Shown here piece by piece: positions 57,604-64,000 of a stretch of 64,000 bases of DNA. This DNA comes from a bacterium. Its GTDB lineage: Bacteria > Electryoneota > Electryoneia > Electryoneales > Electryoneaceae. A model generated the notes under the pieces. It saw only the letters and a list, made by a program, of their open reading frames with translations. It did not search any database and was not told where the DNA came from. The stretch spans positions 2,752,001 to 2,816,000 of the forward strand of contig OY769902.1 in assembly GCA_963669175.1 (NCBI GenBank), read 5' to 3'. The position numbers were made by a program, and so were the translations under genes. Positions within the stretch are counted from its first letter, which is position 1. Every line of letters starts with the position of its first letter.

Positions 57604-58695
57604 ATGCCCCGGGAAAACCAGGACGGCCAGGAAAAAACAGAAAAACCATCTGCGCGAAGAAAAAGTAAGGCGCGCAGTGAGGGTAATGTTGCCAAGTCAA
57701 AAGAACTGAACAGTTTTGCAGTTCTCTTTGGCGGCTTCATGACTCTAACTTTCTGGGGCCCCTGGATGATGAGCCGTATTATGGGACTTACCAGCGGGAT
57801 CTATAGAGAACTCTTTACATTTAAAATAGATGCGTATAATTTTAATGGCTATATGAACGGTGGGGTGATCTGGTTTATTATCACGCTGTTTCCCATTCTT
57901 GTCGTCGTTGTTTTCATGGCGATCCTCATCAACTACTTGCAGTTCGGCTGGATATTCTCCACCAAGAACATGAAGTTCAAACCCAGTAGAATGAATCCTT
58001 TTGCCAAAGGCCTCGCCGGATTTAAGAACATCCTGAATAAAAAATCCCTGTTTCAAATGGGTGTCAATATTGTAAAACTGCTCATCATCGGGTATACCGC
58101 TTATACTGTAGTTCGCCGCGCCTGGCCGAAGTTTGTACCGCTTATGGATGCAAGTGTTGGTCAGATCAGTCTTTTCCTGATTCATACCATTGGTGAAGTA
58201 GCGCTCTGGACGCTTTCTCTGCTTTTGATTCTTGCGATCCTGGACTTCATTTACCAGAAGTACAACCATTACCAGGATTTAAAAATGACAAAGCATGAGG
58301 TCAAGGATGAACGAAAGATGATGGATGGCGATCCGAAGATCAAAGCCAAGATTCGCCAGATGGGCCAGCAGATCGCTTTCAACGTCATGATCAAGGAGTT
58401 ACCCAAGGCGGATGTGGTTGTTACCAACCCGGTTCATGTCGCCGTAGCGCTGAAATACGATCCAGCGACCATGCAGGCGCCGGTAGTCCTGGGCAAGGGG
58501 CTTCGTCTACTGGCGGAACGCATCAAGCAGATTGCACGCGACAACGATATTCCTATCCTCGAAAACCCACCCCTGGCTCGTGCCCTGTATAAATCCTGCG
58601 CTGTCGGTGAAGAGATACCGGGGCAATTCTATCAGGATGTAGCGGAAATCATCGCCTACATTTACGAGCTGCGTAACAAAGAAATTCCCGTTTAA
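57604..58695 (+). CDS. flhB: export switch protein FlhB
   Basis: EKTEKPS, KMTKHEVKDE, GDPKIK, VTNPVH (NPTH-type cleavage site), PPLARAL. Confidence 0.96.
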   Translation: MPRENQDGQEKTEKPSARRKSKARSEGNVAKSKELNSFAVLFGGFMTLTFWGPWMMSRIMGLTSGIYRELFTFKIDAYNFNGYMNGGVIWFIITLFPILVVVVFMAILINYLQFGWIFSTKNMKFKPSRMNPFAKGLAGFKNILNKKSLFQMGVNIVKLLIIGYTAYTVVRRAWPKFVPLMDASVGQISLFLIHTIGEVALWTLSLLLILAILDFIYQKYNHYQDLKMTKHEVKDERKMMDGDPKIKAKIRQMGQQIAFNVMIKELPKADVVVTNPVHVAVALKYDPATMQAPVVLGKGLRLLAERIKQIARDNDIPILENPPLARALYKSCAVGEEIPGQFYQDVAEIIAYIYELRNKEIPV

Positions 58696-58709
58696 CAACA
58701 AGTTGGCTT

Positions 58710-58726
58710 TGGGCACACCGCTTGCT
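58710..58726 (+). promoter_or_regulatory. sigma-54 promoter upstream of flhA
   Basis: gGGCAC-ACCGC-TTGCT, 37 bp before the flhA ATG. Confidence 0.7.
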
Positions 58727-58763
58727 TTCCTATTTCCGGATAGTAGGATAGAAGGGAATACGA

Positions 58764-60923
58764 ATGCCTGAAGCTCAAAGCGTCTCATACCTCTCAACCG
58801 AGGATCGGCTGCAACGATCTCCCTGGTTGAACAAACTATTGTCGAGAAGTGATATCGGACTGGCTATCGCTGTTGTTGGCGTAGTCATTCTGATGATCAT
58901 CCCGATTCCTTCGGCGCTGCTTGACATCCTCATCGCGATCAATATCTGTATCGCCCTGATTGTGTTGATGGTGGCCATGTACACCGAACGATCCCTGGAC
59001 TTCAGCGTATTCCCCGGCATGTTGCTGGTTACCACCATGTTTCGCCTTGGTATCAACGTGGCTTCCACACGTATGATCCTGGGCAGCGCCTATGCAGGTG
59101 ATATCATCGAGGCGTTCGGTGGGTTTGTTATCAGCGGCAACTACATTGTCGGTATTGTCATCTTCCTGATTCTTGTCATCATTAACTTGCAGGTCATTAC
59201 GAAAGGTTCCGGACGTATCGCCGAAGTCGCGGCAAGGTTTACCCTGGACGCCATGCCCGGTAAACAATTGGCCGTTGACGCAGACTTGAACAACGGCATC
59301 ATTTCGGAAGATGAGGCCCGGAAGCGGCGTGACGATATCCGCCGTGAAGCAGACTTTTACGGCGCTATGGACGGCGCCGCGAAGTTCGTGCGTGGTGATG
59401 CAACCGCAGGCTTGATCATTACTGCAATCAACATTGTCGGTGGTATCGCAATCGGGATGTGGCAGTTGGATATGCCATTCCGTGATGCCTTGAACACGTA
59501 TACCATCCTGACGGTTGGTGACGGTCTGGTCAGCCAGATTCCAGCCCTGGTCATTTCTACAGCAGCAGGTATTATTGTCGCACGCGCCGCATCGGAAATG
59601 AACCTGGGGCGTGAATTTACCGGGCAATTGCTGGTAAGACCGCGGCCGGTGGCGATTGTGTCTGGCGTGCTGGCGTTCTTCGCTATCATTCCCGGACTTC
59701 CCACAATCCCATTCGCTCTTCTGTCCGCAACAACTGCTTTTATCGCCTGGAAAACAGCGGCAACTCAAAAAGCTGCATCCCAGGAAATTGCGAAAGTTGA
59801 AGCGGAGGCCAAACCGAAGGCCAAGGAAGCGGACAAGATTGAGGATTATCTTTATATCGATCCCATGGAGCTGGAGATCGGGTACACCCTGATCCCCCTG
59901 ATTGACAGCGATCAGGAAGGCGATCTGCTGAGTCGGATAACCATGATCCGCAAGCAACAGGCGATCCAGATGGGTATCGTGGTGCCGCCCATCCGTATTC
60001 GTGACAATATCCAGCTCAAACCGACAGAATACGTGGTAAAAATTCGCGGGAATGAAGTCGCTCGTGGTGAACTGAAGATGGGATCGCTGCTGGCGCTTAA
60101 TCCGGGCAACGCCACAGAAAAGATGGAAGGCATTCCAACACGTGAGCCGACCTATGGCCTGCCTGCGCTCTGGATCAAACAGAAGCAGCGTGACAGGGCG
60201 GAGGCCGCAGGGTATACTGTCGTTGAGCCTACGGCTGTGCTGGCGACACACCTTGTTGAAGTTGTCAAGGCGAATTCGCATAAACTGCTTAGTCGCAAAG
60301 ATGTGAACAATCTGATTGATAACCTCAAGCAGGACAATCCGACCGTGGTAGAGGAGTTGATTCCGAACCTGATGACCATTGGCGGAGTTCACAAAGCATT
60401 GCAGAAGCTCTTGAGAGAATCCATTCCTATCCGTGACCTTGGTACTATCATGGAAACGCTTTCTGATTATGCGCCGATGACCAAGGATACGGATATCCTG
60501 GTTGAATATGTGCGCTATGCCATGTCGCCGACCATTACCCAGAAATTCCTGGAAGACGATGGCAAGATATACGCGTTAACCCTGGACCCTGAAGTTGAAA
60601 ACTCATTAAGCGACGCTGCGCAACGGTCACAGGGGCGAGGGTTGCATCTTGGAGTTGTCGATTTGCCACCGCAGATTATCAACGGGATTTATACCAGCTT
60701 ATCCAGGCTTGTAGACCAGATGACCGCGTCCGGGAGACAGCCGATGGTGGTAACGTCTCCTGCTGTCAGACAAGTGTTCCGTCGTCTGATTGAGCCTGTT
60801 ATGCCGCAAGTGGTTGTACTATCTTACGGAGAATTGTTAGTTAATGTTCAGGTTGAGTCCCTTGGGACGGTTGCATTGCAGAAACCGGCGAAACCAGGGG
60901 AGGGGCAAAACAAACAGCGGTAA
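58764..60923 (+). CDS. flhA: export apparatus protein FlhA
   Basis: VITKGSGRIAEVAARFTLDAMPGKQ, FYGAMDGAAKFVRGD, GDGLVSQIP, VLATHL. Confidence 0.97.
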   Translation: MPEAQSVSYLSTEDRLQRSPWLNKLLSRSDIGLAIAVVGVVILMIIPIPSALLDILIAINICIALIVLMVAMYTERSLDFSVFPGMLLVTTMFRLGINVASTRMILGSAYAGDIIEAFGGFVISGNYIVGIVIFLILVIINLQVITKGSGRIAEVAARFTLDAMPGKQLAVDADLNNGIISEDEARKRRDDIRREADFYGAMDGAAKFVRGDATAGLIITAINIVGGIAIGMWQLDMPFRDALNTYTILTVGDGLVSQIPALVISTAAGIIVARAASEMNLGREFTGQLLVRPRPVAIVSGVLAFFAIIPGLPTIPFALLSATTAFIAWKTAATQKAASQEIAKVEAEAKPKAKEADKIEDYLYIDPMELEIGYTLIPLIDSDQEGDLLSRITMIRKQQAIQMGIVVPPIRIRDNIQLKPTEYVVKIRGNEVARGELKMGSLLALNPGNATEKMEGIPTREPTYGLPALWIKQKQRDRAEAAGYTVVEPTAVLATHLVEVVKANSHKLLSRKDVNNLIDNLKQDNPTVVEELIPNLMTIGGVHKALQKLLRESIPIRDLGTIMETLSDYAPMTKDTDILVEYVRYAMSPTITQKFLEDDGKIYALTLDPEVENSLSDAAQRSQGRGLHLGVVDLPPQIINGIYTSLSRLVDQMTASGRQPMVVTSPAVRQVFRRLIEPVMPQVVVLSYGELLVNVQVESLGTVALQKPAKPGEGQNKQR

Positions 60924-60996
60924 GCAGAAGAACGTGTAGCCGTCTACAGTTGTGGCAGCAACGGGACTTCTACCGCATGTGTCAGCGGAATAGACC

Positions 60997-62304
60997 ATGA
61001 TCATCAAAAAATTTGTTGCGGAAACCATGCCTGAAGCCCTGCAACAGGTAAAGCAGGAGCTGGGTGAAGATGCTGTGATTCTCCAGTCACGGAAGGTGGA
61101 GAAGGGTGGCCTGCTCAGCTTTATGGGCAAACAGATGATCGAGGTTACGGCAGCGACTCCAGATGAACATGTTCCACAGTCAATCCAGAACATGAAGCTC
61201 GACCCAAGGCGTAAAAAGACTCTGGAAAGAAGCAGTGTATCCAGAGATGCAGATACTGAAACGCCCGAGCAGTGGACTTCACAAAAAGCTTCTAATCCTG
61301 CGGAAAGACTGGTCAACGATACCGAGAGTTGGGTAAAAGATCGGAATAAAGCCAGCCAGCGTCCCGCGAAACATGATGTATCTGCGCAGGATGTGCAATC
61401 TGAGATCAGCGAATTGCGTCAATCCATACGCGATCTGGCGACTCATCTGAAATATAAAAATGCCCCCAGCTTACCGGAAAAACTGAAACAGCGATGGCTG
61501 AACCTGGTTGAGAATGGGGTTAGCGAGGAAAAAGCTCACGATATCACTCAAAAGCTGCATATTGATCTGAAGGGCGATGAGCTTGATAACGATGATGTAA
61601 TCGGTCCGGCGTTGTTGAAAATGCTGGCAGAACAGTTTAAAACCGGGCGAATTTCCTCACATCAGCATAGCGAAAGACCTTTGGTTGTGGCGCTCATCGG
61701 ACCTACAGGAGTGGGGAAGACTACCACGCTTGCGAAGATGGCGACCAACCGTAAGATATATGGTGGTAGAAATGTCGGGCTGATTTCCACAGACACATAC
61801 CGTGTCGCGGCGGTGGAGCAGTTGCAGACATTTGCCGGCATTGCCGGGGTTTCCATGGATGTAGTCTATCGACCGGAAGAGCTGCCCAAGGCGATCCGAA
61901 GGCAGCAGGGCAAAGAGGTTATTCTGATTGATACGGCCGGGCGTAGCCAGAACGATTCCGGAGCCTTACTGGAGTTAAAGGAATTCATGGATGCCGCCCA
62001 GCCGGATGAAGTTGTCCTGGTATTATCTGCCGGGACCAGGATAGAAGACCAGCGTGAAGTGGTACGTCGATTCGGAATTGTCCCCTGTTCCAGGGTGGTA
62101 TTGACCAAACTGGATGAAATCGTAACACCGGGGCACCTTTTGGATCTTGCTGGTGTACTTCCACGACAGTGGGTATTTCTGACAACCGGTCAGAATGTGC
62201 CGGACGATATAATCCCTGCCGACGAGGAATTGCTGGCAAAGATCGTTTCAAGCAAAAGCTTCTTCCAGGAATTGCGGCGGGATGAGTTCAGCTATGTGTC
62301 CTAG
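60997..62304 (+). CDS. flhF: SRP-family GTPase FlhF
   Basis: GPTGVGKTTTLAK, DTYR, DTAGRS, TKLDE, GQNVPDDI. Confidence 0.95.
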   Translation: MIIKKFVAETMPEALQQVKQELGEDAVILQSRKVEKGGLLSFMGKQMIEVTAATPDEHVPQSIQNMKLDPRRKKTLERSSVSRDADTETPEQWTSQKASNPAERLVNDTESWVKDRNKASQRPAKHDVSAQDVQSEISELRQSIRDLATHLKYKNAPSLPEKLKQRWLNLVENGVSEEKAHDITQKLHIDLKGDELDNDDVIGPALLKMLAEQFKTGRISSHQHSERPLVVALIGPTGVGKTTTLAKMATNRKIYGGRNVGLISTDTYRVAAVEQLQTFAGIAGVSMDVVYRPEELPKAIRRQQGKEVILIDTAGRSQNDSGALLELKEFMDAAQPDEVVLVLSAGTRIEDQREVVRRFGIVPCSRVVLTKLDEIVTPGHLLDLAGVLPRQWVFLTTGQNVPDDIIPADEELLAKIVSSKSFFQELRRDEFSYVS

Positions 62305-62459
62305 ATTTCTTTAAAGGATTCAAAACAGAGTTCAGATTGCTCAGCAAGACTATTTTTCGAACATTTCCACAATTGAATAAAACCTTGTTTTTTGTATATT
62401 TGAATGTGCGAACAGGAAATACAGGGATTGGTAGCTATACAGTGATAAGGAACAAATAG

Positions 62460-63350
62460 ATGCCTTCTGATCAGGCTGAACCACTTCGGCAACAGGCACG
62501 CAGGATGAGTTCGCCGCGACGGCAGGGGCCGGATTCTTCCGGGAAGCCCCGTGCGCGACGAATTGCAGTTACGTCAGGTAAAGGTGGGGTAGGCAAGTCC
62601 AACGTCAGCCTGAATATGGCAATTGCGTTTGGCAAGCTGGGGCAGAAGGTTCTCCTGGTAGATGCTGATACGAACCTCGCCAATCTGGACATCCTGCTGG
62701 GGCTGAAAATTCGTGCCACCCTGTATGATGTGGTTGCAGGTGACGCTTATTTCAGTGAAGTTCTTGTAAATGGACCTGAAGGGATTAAAATATTGCCGGG
62801 CAGCTCTGGTGTCGTGGATATGCTTGATCGCGACAGCGAAGTTCGTAACAAACTGATCGCAGCCTTTGAGGAATTTGAACGCTTGTACGATATCATCCTG
62901 ATTGATACCGGGGCGGGTCTGTCCGAGAATGTTATGCAGTTTGTCATAGGCGCGGACGATGTGATACTGGTTACCAATTCAGAACCTACTTCAATCACAG
63001 ACGCCTATGCTATGATAAAAGTAGCGATTACGCGAAATCCAGTATTGAAGATTCATGTTCTCATTAACTTGGCGCAACGGCAGCGCGATGCAATGGATAC
63101 ATTTGAAAAATTGCAACTTGCGGTAAGGAATTTTCTGCAAGTCCATGTCGATTTGATGGGATATCTTCCGGTTGATCCCAATGTGCCGGTGGCTGTAGCC
63201 AGGCAGGAACCATTTATCACGCTTTTCCCCCGCAGCCCGGCAACCACAGCCATGATGATGATGGCAAGGAAGTACATGAAGATGCCGGTTCAGCAGGGAG
63301 ATCGTGCGAATTTCCTGCAACGTATCTTCTCAAGCCGGGGTGAAGAGTGA
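62460..63350 (+). CDS. flhG: MinD-like ATPase FlhG/FleN
   Basis: DQAEPLR, SGKGGVGKS, DTGAG, EPTSITDAYA. Confidence 0.93.
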   Translation: MPSDQAEPLRQQARRMSSPRRQGPDSSGKPRARRIAVTSGKGGVGKSNVSLNMAIAFGKLGQKVLLVDADTNLANLDILLGLKIRATLYDVVAGDAYFSEVLVNGPEGIKILPGSSGVVDMLDRDSEVRNKLIAAFEEFERLYDIILIDTGAGLSENVMQFVIGADDVILVTNSEPTSITDAYAMIKVAITRNPVLKIHVLINLAQRQRDAMDTFEKLQLAVRNFLQVHVDLMGYLPVDPNVPVAVARQEPFITLFPRSPATTAMMMMARKYMKMPVQQGDRANFLQRIFSSRGEE

Positions 63351-63664
63351 ACAAAAGCGGATGGAGATACATCAGTCAAACGATAGGCTTTGCACTGCTG
63401 TTTGCGGTGACAGCCTGGAATCTTCATCTGGGAAAAGACATCCTGATGTCCTTTTTCTGGGGCGGAGTGGTATACTTCGTTTTCCAGATTATCAGTACGG
63501 TTACCTCAAGTGTCATTGCACGCTTATTACATGATTACGAAGTAAAGAGAATCCAGGATGAAGCTGTGGAAGCCGCAGCGCTGGAGGAAGAGGAGGAAGA
63601 GGAAGCCTATCGTCAATCCCAGGAAAGAAACAATACTGAAGCATCCGGAGCAGTGAAGTCATGA
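63347..63664 (+). CDS. small hypothetical membrane protein
   Basis: Two hydrophobic segments and an acidic tail; overlaps the flhG stop and the fliA start. Confidence 0.65.
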   Translation: MNKSGWRYISQTIGFALLFAVTAWNLHLGKDILMSFFWGGVVYFVFQIISTVTSSVIARLLHDYEVKRIQDEAVEAAALEEEEEEEAYRQSQERNNTEASGAVKS

Positions 63665-64000
63665 CAGTAGCCGAATTGGCAAAGATGGAGATCGAACAGC
63701 TTTGGAATCTGTACTCCACGGAAGGACAACAAACGATCAAAGATGAGTTGGTCGTTCGTTACATTCCTTTGGTGCAGCAGGTTGCCGGCCGTTTGAAGAT
63801 CGGTCTGCCCAATTCGGTCGAGTTGGATGAACTGGTGAATTCCGGGATTATCGGCCTGATAGCCTCAATAGACAACTTCGAACCGGATCGAGGATTCAAG
63901 TTCGAAACCTTCGCTGTGGCCCGCATTCGTGGGAGTATTCTCGACTCATTACGCGATTACGACTGGATGCCCCGTTCTATCCGGACAAAGGTAAAAACCC
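63661..64000 (+). CDS. fliA: RNA polymerase sigma-28 FliA/WhiG (partial, runs off the window)
   Basis: Manual translation MTVAELAK...YIPLVQQVAGRL...DELVNSGIIGL...FEPDRGFKFETFAVARIRGSILDSLRDYDWMPRS. Confidence 0.93.
   Translation, partial: MTVAELAKMEIEQLWNLYSTEGQQTIKDELVVRYIPLVQQVAGRLKIGLPNSVELDELVNSGIIGLIASIDNFEPDRGFKFETFAVARIRGSILDSLRDYDWMPRSIRTKVKT

Noticed and set aside
58836-60392. 518-aa antisense ORF and similar long shadow ORFs
   Set aside because: It lies entirely opposite the conserved flhA gene and is explained by codon bias.
1-64000. tRNA, rRNA, prophage or integrase genes
   Set aside because: None recognised by eye; a tRNAscan-SE or Infernal run would be needed to exclude them formally.

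Overview
This is bacterial chromosomal DNA, probably from an FCB-superphylum lineage. That is an inference from a secreted protein with a YPNPFNP-type T9SS/Por C-terminal sorting domain alongside a large flagellar cluster. The left half (1-26.4 kb) holds housekeeping and signalling genes: a metal ABC permease, cheD plus an HDOD protein, a cN-II-like 5'-nucleotidase, an HTH-REC regulator, a POT transporter, CapA, a WD40 lipoprotein, a degenerate DUF2064 protein, a multi-PAS kinase, an M16 peptidase and a K+ channel. It also holds an archaeal-type gatE with no gatD beside it, two secreted proteins, and a pyrimidine salvage operon (UshA-like CxC lipoprotein-cdd-udk-tdk-nupC). An accessory hot spot at 26.4-32.0 kb contains two families of REP-like palindromic doublets, a 147-bp direct repeat and a complete DDE IS element (TIRs plus 8-bp TSD) inserted into a REP doublet; an empty homologue of that doublet sits between flgC and fliE. 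The same region has a NACHT-pentapeptide gene with a perfect 26-bp hairpin inside its coding sequence. The right half (32.1-64 kb) is a flagellar cluster from flgB to a partial fliA, with sigma-54-type promoters, a very long FliK, a probable Na+-type stator and a kinase/degenerate HD-GYP pair inserted between fliQ and fliR. The best candidate for an undescribed system is the multi-hairpin RNA leader between the TIGR02530 gene, whose product looks BrnT/RelE/DUF4258-like by eye, and flgE. All calls were made by reading the sequence; no database searches or folding programs were run.
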